From contig DYFC01000054.1 of the NCBI GenBank assembly GCA_020725385.1, positions 58,555 to 122,554 of the forward strand: a stretch of DNA of 64,000 bases, given 5' to 3'. Below the pieces are notes generated by a model. The model was not told the origin of the DNA and did not search any database. It worked only from the letters and a program-made list of their open reading frames with translations. This document shows positions 20,672-30,804 of the stretch, one piece after another. The stretch's first letter is position 1. Every line of letters starts with the position of its first letter. Source of the stretch: Nitrospira japonica (GTDB lineage: Bacteria; Nitrospirota; Thermodesulfovibrionia; Thermodesulfovibrionales; SM23-35). The position numbers and the translations under genes were made by a program.

Positions 20672-21260
20672 GTTAATATTATTTATTACCCGGCCGGGGG
20701 ATTTTCTGGAAGAACTTATTCCAAAATATGGATATATAGCAATTTTTATCCTCACTTTTTTTGAAGGAGAAAGTGTATTAATTGCAGCAGGTTTTCTTGC
20801 ATTTAGCGGATATCTGAATGCAATTGGAGTAATAGCAGTGTCAACAGCAGCATCTTATGTTGGCCACGGGACATTTTTTCTGATCGCATTATATAAACGT
20901 GATACCTTTATAAAATTTATACGTAAATTTATAAAGGTTGACATTACAAAACTTGAAAACCTGATGGTTAAATATGGAATCGCAGCTTTATTTATAAGTC
21001 AATGGCTATATGGCTTCAGACTACTTAGTGCTGCTGTTCTCGGGCTTTCACGCATGGGCACTTCTAAATATTTCTCATATCAATTTATAAGTTGTCTGCT
21101 CTGGGCTGTTATATGTACATCAGCAGGATATTTTTTCGGCGCAACAATAAAAAAATTTGTTGGTGATATAAAAAAATATGAACCATTAATCGCAATAGGA
21201 GTACTTATTGCAGGTTTCTTAATCTGGTTTGTTAAGAGATGGTTACAAAAGAAAAAATAA
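20670..21260 (+). CDS. DedA-family membrane protein (start uncertain)
   Basis: YGYIAIFILTFFEGE, LIAAGFLA, KYG..LFISQWLYGFR, W...GYFFG. Confidence 0.85.
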   Translation: MLILFITRPGDFLEELIPKYGYIAIFILTFFEGESVLIAAGFLAFSGYLNAIGVIAVSTAASYVGHGTFFLIALYKRDTFIKFIRKFIKVDITKLENLMVKYGIAALFISQWLYGFRLLSAAVLGLSRMGTSKYFSYQFISCLLWAVICTSAGYFFGATIKKFVGDIKKYEPLIAIGVLIAGFLIWFVKRWLQKKK

Positions 21261-21263
21261 AAA

Positions 21264-21515
21264 TTATCTCTTAAGAATATAAATTTCCCAGAATCCATTA
21301 TCCTCGGTTTTATTTATTTCAAAGACGAAATTCTTTTTTTCACAATATCTCGGAATAGCGTCCTCAGCGGTTTCAGCAGAATCACACAGAACTTTTAATA
21401 AAGAGCCCGCAGGTAATTTTTCCATTTCCTTTTTTACAAGCATAATAGGATGTGGACAGGCAAGTCCCTGCACATCAAGAACTATAGCAGGAGTAATTGA
21501 TTTCAGTGTTCCCAT
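21264..21515 (-). CDS. tusA: TusA/SirA-family sulfurtransferase
   Basis: LDVQGLACPHP (CPxP) motif, 83 aa. Confidence 0.85.
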   Translation of the reverse strand: MGTLKSITPAIVLDVQGLACPHPIMLVKKEMEKLPAGSLLKVLCDSAETAEDAIPRYCEKKNFVFEINKTEDNGFWEIYILKR

Positions 21516-21602
21516 AACTACCCTCTTTTTTGGAATTATTTAACTTATGCTTAATGTAGTTAATTTTATAACTTTTTGGATTGAATTTCGTCAATAGAAA
21601 AA

Positions 21603-22688
21603 TTATTCCACATTATTGAGCCTTAGTACTTTTTCAGTATTTTCAAGAATTGAGTCAGAGAATCCATGGCAATGTTTTATCTTAATATCTCTATCAAAAG
21701 GGTTTTTTGTTCTTACTATATCAATATATTCTGAAGGTGTAATATTATCGGTAATAAAAGGCAAATGTGTCCAGCCATCAATTGGTATAGGGAAATCCGT
21801 GCCATGAACAAGCCATTTTGCCGGGAAAGTTTTTCTTATTTCTTTTATATACGGAATCCTTGATGATAAAGAAAGAGCTGATGTATCAGCCCACAATTTT
21901 ATTTTTCCACCTTTATTATATTCCTTCATCATCTGGAAAAAATCCTGCATAAAGTTTTTGTCTATAACAGGGAAAACAGGTGAAGCACAATGCGCAGCTA
22001 TAACAGTGACTCCGCAATCCAAAGGCTTTCTGAGATTTTTATAATGGTCAAGTTGCATATTTCGTATGCCTTCAGGAAATGAATATTCAGGACCTACATG
22101 ACAGAGTAGAGGCATACTATTTGAAGCGAGGGTTTTATAAAATTCTTCATGTCTTCTGTCCATTAACTCAATGTGTTGTGCAGATGGTATAAGTTTTATT
22201 AAAACAGCATCTGTTTCGTTTATTACAAAAGATAATTCATCTTTCCAGTCTTTGCGATTTGGGCTGACTGATGCACCGAAAAAGAAGCGTTTTTCCCTTA
22301 ATTCAAGATTTTCTTCAGATTGTAGTCTCTGATTCAGTTCCTTTACTTTCTTAAAAAGAAATTTGTTTGAAATCCATAAATCTGTTTCTTTCTTGTTTAG
22401 TTTTCCTGTTTTCTGAGAGAAGACAGCATCAAGCGCAAGCAGTACAACTCCATCAGTTTCTTTTGATTCACAGAGAAGATTATAAATCAAATTAAAATAT
22501 TCATCAGTGGAAATCATACCATCTTTGTTTAAATCTGCCTCAAATTTCTCCATTTCTTTTTCAAAAAGATTGTAAAGTATCCTTGTAAACCAGTGCTGGT
22601 TGTCTTCTGCAAGAAAATAGACATTATTTTCAATATTACTAATATCCTTTCCGTTACCTGCAACATGACAATGTATATCAATTCTCAT
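21603..22688 (-). CDS. Amidohydrolase_2-family metallohydrolase with an EF-hand-like loop
   Basis: IDIHCH, LLCHVG, IAAHCA, WADTSA, HGTDFP; GGAGGTG RBS before the ATG at 22688. Confidence 0.85.
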   Translation of the reverse strand: MRIDIHCHVAGNGKDISNIENNVYFLAEDNQHWFTRILYNLFEKEMEKFEADLNKDGMISTDEYFNLIYNLLCESKETDGVVLLALDAVFSQKTGKLNKKETDLWISNKFLFKKVKELNQRLQSEENLELREKRFFFGASVSPNRKDWKDELSFVINETDAVLIKLIPSAQHIELMDRRHEEFYKTLASNSMPLLCHVGPEYSFPEGIRNMQLDHYKNLRKPLDCGVTVIAAHCASPVFPVIDKNFMQDFFQMMKEYNKGGKIKLWADTSALSLSSRIPYIKEIRKTFPAKWLVHGTDFPIPIDGWTHLPFITDNITPSEYIDIVRTKNPFDRDIKIKHCHGFSDSILENTEKVLRLNNVE

Positions 22689-22879
22689 AACACCTCCGAT
22701 TAACCCAAATAATGCAGACATTGCTCAAAAATTTATTTAACTCGATAATTTTTATATCAAAAGATATTTATTGGCAATGAATAAAAAAGTTCATGGTAAA
22801 TCATCTTTAAGCGTACACTAAGGTATCGAAAAATAAATTTTCTCGCAACACCTGCATTATTTCAAATGCATTTTTTAGG

Positions 22880-24598
22880 TTAAATAAGTAATTTATAAAT
22901 TCCAATTTCGTGTTGTGTAAGATTAAGTCTTACTGCATTTCTTGCCCCGGTTTTAATTATTTCAATAGCTTCTTCTGGATTAAGTAGATTCACCATTTTT
23001 TTGCCTTGCGGAGACAAATAAGAATCAACGGTTACATAGTCTATTCTTGGTTCAGAATCTAAATTTAAAGCTATTAAAATTTCTGTATCATCAAGTATTC
23101 TTGAGTATGCAAGAGTGCATTTACCATCAATAGGGAATCCAAAATCTATGCCATTACCTGAAATTTCCCTGAAATATTGTCTTCCATAACGAAGAGCCGG
23201 CTCTTTTTTTCTTATCCCTGCAATTTGTCTTATATTTTTATATAAAGGATGTTCTGCGTTAAAAAAATGATAGCCAGTTGTATTGAATGCTCCCCATTTG
23301 CCACCGAACATGCATTCTCTTAAATATTTATCATTATCACCACCTCCATTAAAACCCTGCTCAGTTCCATAATATATACACGGTATTCCTATGCTTGTAA
23401 GAAGATAGCCAATTGCAAGTTTTGCCTGATTCTGAAAAGGATTATTATAAAGAAATCTTCCTTTTGGATTTCTTCCTATTTGGTCATGGTTATCAACAAA
23501 TGTAACAAAATACTGAGAAGCCTGACCATGATCACTATATAATTCTTTAAATCTTTCATATCTTGCTCTAAGTTCATAAGGATTTGAAAGACCTTTTATT
23601 ACCCATTCAAGAACTCCCCATAAAGGAAAATCAAGTGCAGCATCAAGGGATGGGAAACGTTCATTTGAATCAGGTAGTCTTGCATTTCTTCCAATATATT
23701 GATCAATTAATTTATCATCTCCTATAATTTCACCAAATAAGAAAAAATTTTTCTTCCCTATCTTTTCAGCATATTCACGAATTGCTGAACAAAATATTGA
23801 TGTACTTGAATCCTCAATATGCTTTATTGCATCAAGTCTGTAACCATCAATATCTGTCATAGCTATCCAGAATTTGTAAATATCTATTAATGATTTGAGT
23901 ACCATTTTATTTGAAGTATCAAGCTCTTTTAATGAGCAGAAATCACCCTCCCGAGCCTCTGGAAATTCATCCCAATGGACAATCTCTCCTTTTCTTCTGT
24001 AAAATTCAGGATTTTGAAATTCAACTGGCCAGACAGCATCATTAGGCCATTGAATACCTTTTTCTTGCTCAATTGTTCTCCATGAACCAAAAGGAAATTT
24101 TTCACCGTTTGAATAGTAATATGTATAACCTCCGGGATACATCCAATTGTCACCTGTATGATTGACAACAATGTCAAGAATTACATACATGTCTTTTTTA
24201 TGTGCTGTCTGAACAAGTTTTTGTAAATCTTTAATTGTTCCAAAACGAGGGTCAATATCAAGAAAATTCTGAATTGCATAGCCATGATATGTATTCATTT
24301 CTTTCCTGTTTTTAAAAACAGGGCTCAGCCAGATTGCAGTGCATCCAAGATTTTTTATATAGTCAAGCTTATCAATAATACCTTTTAAAGTTCCTCTCTG
24401 CCATTTCTCACCTTCTGAATCATCCCTATTATGAATAGCAGTAGTGGGATTATATGCAGGAATTTTTTTGTCACCATTATTAAAACGATCTACAAGTAGG
24501 AAATAGATAAAATGATCTCTCCAATCTATAGGTGAGGGGAAGGCTTTGTTTTTAAATTTGAAATCTATTTCAGAAAGGCTTTTAAATATATCAGACAT
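22880..24598 (-). CDS. GH13 alpha-amylase-family glycoside hydrolase
   Basis: LLVDRF, YHGY, DIVVNH, DGYRLDAIKH, GEI, FVDNHD, GIPCIYYGTEQ; no signal peptide. Confidence 0.92.
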   Translation of the reverse strand: MSDIFKSLSEIDFKFKNKAFPSPIDWRDHFIYFLLVDRFNNGDKKIPAYNPTTAIHNRDDSEGEKWQRGTLKGIIDKLDYIKNLGCTAIWLSPVFKNRKEMNTYHGYAIQNFLDIDPRFGTIKDLQKLVQTAHKKDMYVILDIVVNHTGDNWMYPGGYTYYYSNGEKFPFGSWRTIEQEKGIQWPNDAVWPVEFQNPEFYRRKGEIVHWDEFPEAREGDFCSLKELDTSNKMVLKSLIDIYKFWIAMTDIDGYRLDAIKHIEDSSTSIFCSAIREYAEKIGKKNFFLFGEIIGDDKLIDQYIGRNARLPDSNERFPSLDAALDFPLWGVLEWVIKGLSNPYELRARYERFKELYSDHGQASQYFVTFVDNHDQIGRNPKGRFLYNNPFQNQAKLAIGYLLTSIGIPCIYYGTEQGFNGGGDNDKYLRECMFGGKWGAFNTTGYHFFNAEHPLYKNIRQIAGIRKKEPALRYGRQYFREISGNGIDFGFPIDGKCTLAYSRILDDTEILIALNLDSEPRIDYVTVDSYLSPQGKKMVNLLNPEEAIEIIKTGARNAVRLNLTQHEIGIYKLLI

Positions 24599-24620
24599 TT
24601 TAACCCCCTTTTTTTATTCA

Positions 24621-25184
24621 TTATGCGATAGACACTCCTTCGCCAAGATTAATTGAGCCGGGTAATGAAATTGATTCGCTCTCTTTTTCCATAATTACGA
24701 AATCTTCTAATTTCAAAATACCTTTACCTTTACAAGAACCTGTTTTTATCTCTTTAATCTTCCCATCCTGAATCTTCAAAATTATTCCTTTAAGGGTAAG
24801 AGAAATATTAATATTGAAATTAATTTTACCAATAGATTTATCATTTATTAGAATTTCAAGATAAGGTTTATGTTCAGATTTTATTTTATGTTCAACAAGA
24901 GGAACAAGTACACTTACATCTGGAGGATATTTTTCTTTATCAGTATATTTCAGGAGTTCCCCGTATTTGTTCCATGCTTTTACCATTATATCTACGACAT
25001 TGATATTTAATAAATCCTTTACTTTTTCTGTAATCTCATTTAAAGCTATAGTCCAATTTATTTCGGTGCTTTCCTTTTGTATCTTTTCTTTTAGAGATGT
25101 AATACCTTTACTTGAGTCAATTGTTGAAAATACATCTTCTTTCAGAGGGAAAAATTGATTTAATGTAATGTCCAAACTATCCAT
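24621..25184 (-). CDS. Hypothetical protein
   Basis: 187-aa ORF overlapping the stop of the upstream PKD gene; no recognised motif. Confidence 0.7.
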   Translation of the reverse strand: MDSLDITLNQFFPLKEDVFSTIDSSKGITSLKEKIQKESTEINWTIALNEITEKVKDLLNINVVDIMVKAWNKYGELLKYTDKEKYPPDVSVLVPLVEHKIKSEHKPYLEILINDKSIGKINFNINISLTLKGIILKIQDGKIKEIKTGSCKGKGILKLEDFVIMEKESESISLPGSINLGEGVSIA

Positions 25185-26400
25185 GTTCCCTTCTTTCTTC
25201 TAATAATAAAGAACCGTTAATTTCTATATCTTGTTTGCCTTTATCTAAAACAGGTTTTAAATATATTTCGAAACCTGTTAACAAAGGATATTTTGATTCA
25301 ATTTGCTGAGTTCCAATATCTTTCATTGGTTCAATGTTAATAGATGTCTCCATATGTTTCTCTTTTTTTTGCTTATCAACCTTTTTTGAAAGATAATATC
25401 CAGCACAAAATACTAAGATTAATCCCAAAATTATACCGAAAGATTTTAACCATAAAGGAATTTCTTGATTTCTATCAATAGGTACAATTGGCTCTCTTTT
25501 TGTTCTATCTTCAGGCGGTAATTGAATACGATATATTTCAATATCTATTGGCTTACTTTCTGCGATTATCTCCCTTTCTTTTCTAACTATAACAAATGGA
25601 TGATATATTCCAGTTGAAGAATAAAAGTGTTGTATTTCAGGCTCAAATCTCCAATCACTCCATTGGTCACCAAAATTGAATCTATATTGAACATCTTGAA
25701 TTGGAGGATGAAGGATTGCCTTGAACTTTAAATTTCCACCTTCTTCTATTCTTGTATTGTCTGCTTCTAAGATAACGTTGTATTTAACAACATGTATAAT
25801 ATTAAACCTAAAATCGTCAACATTAATATGTCCCCATCCTTGCGATGATTCATCAACTATACGAATTTTTCCTGTTTTACCTGCATAAGGCATAAGATTC
25901 CATTCAATCCTATGCATGGTTTCTGTATTTTGACCTGATGCATATAAAACTCTTATGTATCCTTCGATAGGGTCTTGCACAAGGAGTTCAACCCTTGTTT
26001 CAAAACTGCTTCCACCGCCTATTAAAAAACTTAGTGTGCCTTGTGGAATTGTGAAGGAGGCTGAAGTTAATGTGCCTATTGGTCTGTCTCCTTGAATATC
26101 ACCAGGTTCTTGTCTATATCTCCCCTGATATTTCTCATATGTACCAATCCAGTATTTTCCTTGATAGTTTGAAGGTTGACCTCTATGTCTTGCAGTTGGA
26201 TTATCATCAAATGTTGGTTGATAATCAAAGGCTGTTCCTGTCCTTTCCCAGCCTCGTAAATTCCCTTCTTCAAAATCGAGAGTAAAATTTATGGGCTGCG
26301 CATTAACACATACTATATGGGAAAATATTATGCAAAACACTATTATTGTTTGTGCTGCTAATATTTTTAACATCTTAAGTTTTAGGTTTAAAAGCTCCAT
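25177..26400 (-). CDS. Exported, membrane-anchored protein with a beta-sandwich module and a PKD domain
   Basis: Signal peptide; DFEEG..GWERTGTAF...GTLTSASFTI...SFLIGGG...WGHINVDDF module (resembles modules appended to GH32 enzymes); PKD-like YRFNFGD...HFYSSTGIY; one TM near the C-terminus. Confidence 0.65.
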   Translation of the reverse strand: MELLNLKLKMLKILAAQTIIVFCIIFSHIVCVNAQPINFTLDFEEGNLRGWERTGTAFDYQPTFDDNPTARHRGQPSNYQGKYWIGTYEKYQGRYRQEPGDIQGDRPIGTLTSASFTIPQGTLSFLIGGGSSFETRVELLVQDPIEGYIRVLYASGQNTETMHRIEWNLMPYAGKTGKIRIVDESSQGWGHINVDDFRFNIIHVVKYNVILEADNTRIEEGGNLKFKAILHPPIQDVQYRFNFGDQWSDWRFEPEIQHFYSSTGIYHPFVIVRKEREIIAESKPIDIEIYRIQLPPEDRTKREPIVPIDRNQEIPLWLKSFGIILGLILVFCAGYYLSKKVDKQKKEKHMETSINIEPMKDIGTQQIESKYPLLTGFEIYLKPVLDKGKQDIEINGSLLLEERREHG

Positions 26401-26432
26401 ATCTTTGCGATTCTTTTCTCGGACCTATTACC

Positions 26433-27680
26433 CTATCTAATAGATATGGAGTTAAAGCCTTTATTTGTTTCATAGGTAAATATTTCTGCACCGCAAAACT
26501 TACCACCTTCTTCAAGCCAGCCTCCCATATTATGCAATGTCAAACGCTTTGGAGAGGCAGAAGATACTGTATCGAGTTTCGGGGGATTAAGAGCATTCCA
26601 TGGTATTGGTTGATGTGTATGTCCAAAAATAATACGCCAGGGTGCGGGAATATTTAAGTTAGTTCTTGAATTTATATCTCCTATCTCAAGAAGACTTGAT
26701 GCATAGAATCTCTTGAACCTTTCTTTTACATCTTCTTTATAAATAAATTCTTCACTATATCTTGTCCGTTCAATTTTGCTTATAGATTTAATTATCTCTT
26801 CCTCTGCTTTCTTTATGATATAATCTACAACAATTTCTTTAAGCCAGCTATAATCTGTCATGTCATCAATTTCTTTTCCAAGTCTTTTTAGATATTTTTT
26901 TATCTTGCTAAAATCTCCATTTTTTACATCTTTCTCTACCATCCTCACAACCTTGGTTAAAACTCCTGCCTGACCAATTCCTGTACATGCAAGTTGATTC
27001 AAAGGAAAATTCATCTCAACCATTTCTTCTATATCAACCTCGCCAACTTTTAAATCATCATAAGCTATTTTCATTCCTATTTCACCAAGAATAGCCCAAT
27101 AAGGTTCAAGATATTGACCATGTGTTACAAGAACACTTTCAGTATCAGTAACAATGTAAAGGTTAGGATATGCAAAATTAAAGAATGTATCTGGAGAAGT
27201 TATTTTATCGAGAAACATTCCAGCATACTTGGGCTTACCAGGTATATTTCTTACTGTTACTTTATCAAGAATAAAACCTTTCTGCGGACTTCCTGTTCTA
27301 TCGTCAATAATTCCTGCAACAGAGTGATCAAATGATTCTGGAAGAAGTCCCCTTTGCAATCTGTTTATAATAGCTCTTTGATGCTGGATAATATGCCATA
27401 TATCAGCATCATGGTTGCCTGCCAGATAAATTATTTCTTTTGCAATATTATCTTCTTTTATTTTTTGAAAGAAAAATTGTGCATACCTGTATGCTTCTTC
27501 ATAACTTGATACTGAAAAATCCAGTATATCTCCTGCAAGAATAAGATAATCATTATCCTGTCCAACAGCATCTTTAAAATCATCATACTTTGCACCTTTA
27601 GTTATTACACCATTCTTTAATGTAACAAGCATACAACTGCTGTCACCGAAATGCGTATCAGAAATAATGCAAATTTTCAT
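26433..27680 (-). CDS. Calcineurin-like metallophosphoesterase
   Basis: ISDTHFG, LAGDILD, LAGNHD, VTHG, FGHTH; GGAGGTG RBS before the ATG at 27680. Confidence 0.88.
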   Translation of the reverse strand: MKICIISDTHFGDSSCMLVTLKNGVITKGAKYDDFKDAVGQDNDYLILAGDILDFSVSSYEEAYRYAQFFFQKIKEDNIAKEIIYLAGNHDADIWHIIQHQRAIINRLQRGLLPESFDHSVAGIIDDRTGSPQKGFILDKVTVRNIPGKPKYAGMFLDKITSPDTFFNFAYPNLYIVTDTESVLVTHGQYLEPYWAILGEIGMKIAYDDLKVGEVDIEEMVEMNFPLNQLACTGIGQAGVLTKVVRMVEKDVKNGDFSKIKKYLKRLGKEIDDMTDYSWLKEIVVDYIIKKAEEEIIKSISKIERTRYSEEFIYKEDVKERFKRFYASSLLEIGDINSRTNLNIPAPWRIIFGHTHQPIPWNALNPPKLDTVSSASPKRLTLHNMGGWLEEGGKFCGAEIFTYETNKGFNSISIR

Positions 27681-27736
27681 AATCACACCTCCAGAATTGA
27701 ACAATTAGTATGTTTATAAAAAATACTTTGATTACT

Positions 27737-27789
27737 GATTCTCGTGTCAAGTTTATCCTCTGGCTTTACCAGAGGGCTCGAGAATGACA
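27737..27789. repeat. REP-like palindrome with nested hairpin
   Basis: gattctcg-tgtcaag-[tttatcctctggctttaccagaggg]-ctcgagaatgac; same ...AATGAC end as the units at 1708 and 46309. Confidence 0.55.
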
Positions 27790-27804
27790 GGAGTAGAAGT
27801 TTTA

Positions 27805-28515
27805 TTATTTTTTTGAATTACTTTCTGATTTTTTTTCTTCCCAAGTAGTTAGGACACCCATAAGTTTATCAATCATCTTTAAAGTGAATCTTTCACTAAA
27901 TCCAGCAAGAAAAGCTATAACATACGGTAATTCACGGGTATGGATTTTAACATTGTCAAATCCCTGGACTGAAACTAAACCAATAAAATAAATCATATAG
28001 ACAAACCAGCCGAAGATACCTCCCATTATAGGTTTGCAATAATACCACAATTCATATTTTGGGTCAAAATCTCTTGCTTGTATATGCTGATATATTCCAT
28101 AGATTGCAATAGTTATTCCGCCAAGAGCGCCAAACCATACAGTTTGAAGATGAAGTAGAATAGGGTCTTGCAAAAATCCATTCCATAAAACAAAATTTGG
28201 TAATTTAAAGGAGCAATAGCCTATGAATAAAAGAAAGAAAAGATAGCCCAATTCGATCCATAATAATTTTCTTGCAAGAGGAATTGATTTTTGACTTATT
28301 TCAATTGTTTCTACTTTTTGCAAAACCTCTTTATATTTTTTTTCAAACTCCTGCTGATTTCCGCTGGTTAACAAATCTTCTATTTCTTTAATATGCATTG
28401 AAATTTGACTCGTAATAAATTCGTTTTCTTTTAAATGTCTTGCTTTTTCTTTTAAGCCTTTTAATAATTCATGAGCTTTTTCTTTATGTTCATTTTTATC
28501 AGAAGTCGGTGACAT
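27805..28515 (-). CDS. Multi-pass membrane protein (holin-like candidate)
   Basis: Charged N-terminal region, then about four hydrophobic segments with FGALGG, YCKPIMGGIFG and AFLAGFSE; directly after the lysin-like gene. Confidence 0.6.
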   Translation of the reverse strand: MSPTSDKNEHKEKAHELLKGLKEKARHLKENEFITSQISMHIKEIEDLLTSGNQQEFEKKYKEVLQKVETIEISQKSIPLARKLLWIELGYLFFLLFIGYCSFKLPNFVLWNGFLQDPILLHLQTVWFGALGGITIAIYGIYQHIQARDFDPKYELWYYCKPIMGGIFGWFVYMIYFIGLVSVQGFDNVKIHTRELPYVIAFLAGFSERFTLKMIDKLMGVLTTWEEKKSESNSKK

Positions 28516-28544
28516 TTTAGTGCTCCTTTTTATTTCTTAAATAT

Positions 28545-29474
28545 TTACAATCCAAGAGCTGCTCGTGTTGCAGGCCCGACTTTGCCATCAGGTATTAATC
28601 CATGAGCACTCTGAAAATCCTTTACTGCCTGTCCTGTTACTTTTCCAAAAACTCCATCTGCTTCATTTTCATCAAATCCAAGTGCGAGTTGAAGCTTTCT
28701 TACATCTTCGCCTTTCATTAAAGGTTTAGTGTAAAACAATACTCTTTCATCTGTATTTTCTGCTGAGGCTATAACAGGAGTTGTATGTTGTCCTAAAAGT
28801 ATTTCTTCGGTAATTAGAACATTCCTGATATTTAAAGGCAATGGCAAGTCCCACTTATTTTCTTCAATAAGTTCTAAAAATGTATCCATTCTATAAACAG
28901 TCTTATGAAGAAGAGCGTTACTGTGGTTTGCAAGCCATTGTCTTCTCGTTTCTACATATGCTTTTATCCAATTTTCTTCTCCTATGCCTTCAGCTCCACC
29001 ATATTGTTCATTGGTCATATTTTTAGTTCTTTCGAAAGAGCCATGTATTTTACTGTCATAAACTACAGTGACTCCAAGAGGTTTGCTAATACCTATTGAA
29101 TCCGCTGAAATTAATGCTGGCGTCCAGTATATCCTGTCAAAAAACTCATCCTGTGTCTTATGCATGACAGGATCATTACCTGCCTGACGGAGTAAGGACT
29201 TGACCTTTTCATTTGTGTCAAGTTTTATATCCCTTCTATCGAATGCTGAAAGAAAAGGCTTCAAAGCTTCAGAAAATTCACCTCCTGCATTACAGTAAGC
29301 ATGAATCAAAAGCGCAAGATTACCGCTTGAAAGAGTTGTTTGGCTTTTTCCATAAGTAAGATGTCCTGTATCTCCTTTAAGAACGGTAACCGAACCGTAA
29401 TCACCAATTGGCTTCCCGGTCTCAAAAATATTAACTATTGCCTGTGCAGTTTTCTTTTGTAATTCAGTAAACAT
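28545..29474 (-). CDS. GH46 chitosanase/lysozyme-superfamily hydrolase with C-terminal peptidoglycan-binding domain
   Basis: IVNIFETG...DTGHLTYG catalytic region, YDSKIHG, and PG_binding_1 (GEDVRKLQ..DGVFG..T..AVKDFQ..GL..DGKVGPAT); no signal peptide. Confidence 0.8.
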   Translation of the reverse strand: MFTELQKKTAQAIVNIFETGKPIGDYGSVTVLKGDTGHLTYGKSQTTLSSGNLALLIHAYCNAGGEFSEALKPFLSAFDRRDIKLDTNEKVKSLLRQAGNDPVMHKTQDEFFDRIYWTPALISADSIGISKPLGVTVVYDSKIHGSFERTKNMTNEQYGGAEGIGEENWIKAYVETRRQWLANHSNALLHKTVYRMDTFLELIEENKWDLPLPLNIRNVLITEEILLGQHTTPVIASAENTDERVLFYTKPLMKGEDVRKLQLALGFDENEADGVFGKVTGQAVKDFQSAHGLIPDGKVGPATRAALGL

Positions 29475-29486
29475 ATTTATTACTCC

Positions 29487-30797
29487 TTATATATCATTAT
29501 CAGGTCTTACAAAAATGGTATCATCATACATTGCAATAAAAGGCTCGTTTGCATCAGACATCCAGAAAGTAAAACGAACTGTTCCATTTTGAGAAATAGT
29601 AAAATCAAAGTTAGGTGAAAAATCCACAAGAAGTGGCAATTCAGGCCCTAAATATCCAGGGTGCAAATCTCTATGTTCGTATAAAGCCGTAGCATTTTGA
29701 CTCTCATCAGATGGAATAAATAGTATTTGAGTACGGACTTCAGGTAGTGTATAATTTTGTGGCATTGGCATATCTGTTGTGTCAGTATAAAAACGTACCT
29801 GTCCTCTAAAACGTATTGGTTGCACACTTGGGAAAGGCGCTTCTATTGAACGTCTAACTTCAGAAAGATAGTGTCTTTGCCCCTGACCTTCATAACATAA
29901 TTCATTTAAAGGCTGGTTGAACATTACCTGAGAAGACATATAGGCAATGCTCCAATTTGTTGTAAGCGGAACAGGAGGCGCCGGTACAGGAGGAGCAGGT
30001 GGTCCTGTAAAATATTCAGTTACAAGTAAAGCATAGGATTCAGCATTATTCATTGCACGATTCAAGGGCAGATTAATCACCTCATCACGCGGTATAACAT
30101 TTCTCATCAAACCAATATGATGAGCTGATTCATGGATGATTGTACTTAACTGATCATTTAAGCCAAGCTCAAAAAAAGCAGGGCATATTGATATTCTCGT
30201 TCCTTGTCCTGCATATGCATATGCATTCGGGTCATGATCTGAATTTTCCCTTCCACAAGTTTGACGTGTTACACATCTAAATAGTCTTGGATTTTCAATA
30301 GCCTGCCTCATTCTACGCAAACGCCTGATGATTATACTTAAAGTTTCAGGATCATGGCGGCCTGCGATTCTGCCCCGAGGCGCTGGCGGTGGGTGAAAGA
30401 AACGGTTCAGTGTGCTTTCAATAACAGTAATAATTTCACGCGGATTATTCAAATGATCTTCAAGAGCAGATATAGTCGAAGTTATCCATCTTGGCGCTCT
30501 CATTCTTGCAAAATCAACATGAAAATCCTGTACTGCATTGCAACCGCGATAATCTCTTGTTCTAAGTTCTTCAGCAGTTTCTTCGCTTATACTGCGTGAT
30601 ATAGTTGTCTGATTGTTTCTTGCTTTTTGCTCTGTGCTTGAATTTAAAAGGCGTTGAATCGCTTTATTCCCAATAGTTTTTTGTAGAAATAAAATGCGGT
30701 TAACTGGAGTAGAAGTTCTGGAAGTCCTGATAGAATGGCGTTTAGTCCCATCAGTTTTATCAGATGACTTTGATGTGAAAAGGAAGCGTTCAAACAT
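29487..30797 (-). CDS. Putative eCIS cargo: M35/aspzincin-like metallopeptidase with N-terminal LQxTIGN motif
   Basis: PVNRILFLQKTIGNKAIQRLL at the N-terminus; ISICPAFF...IIHESAHHIG...AMNNAESY; Pro-rich linker and a C-terminal domain. The ATG at 30797 is preferred. Confidence 0.75.
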   Translation of the reverse strand: MFERFLFTSKSSDKTDGTKRHSIRTSRTSTPVNRILFLQKTIGNKAIQRLLNSSTEQKARNNQTTISRSISEETAEELRTRDYRGCNAVQDFHVDFARMRAPRWITSTISALEDHLNNPREIITVIESTLNRFFHPPPAPRGRIAGRHDPETLSIIIRRLRRMRQAIENPRLFRCVTRQTCGRENSDHDPNAYAYAGQGTRISICPAFFELGLNDQLSTIIHESAHHIGLMRNVIPRDEVINLPLNRAMNNAESYALLVTEYFTGPPAPPVPAPPVPLTTNWSIAYMSSQVMFNQPLNELCYEGQGQRHYLSEVRRSIEAPFPSVQPIRFRGQVRFYTDTTDMPMPQNYTLPEVRTQILFIPSDESQNATALYEHRDLHPGYLGPELPLLVDFSPNFDFTISQNGTVRFTFWMSDANEPFIAMYDDTIFVRPDNDI

Positions 30798-30804
30798 TTT
30801 ATAT

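Noticed and set aside
5676-21515. Oxidative (reverse) Dsr pathway
   Set aside because: dsrD and dsrT are present and dsrEFH/dsrL are absent from the window, consistent with the reductive type. Disproportionation cannot be excluded.
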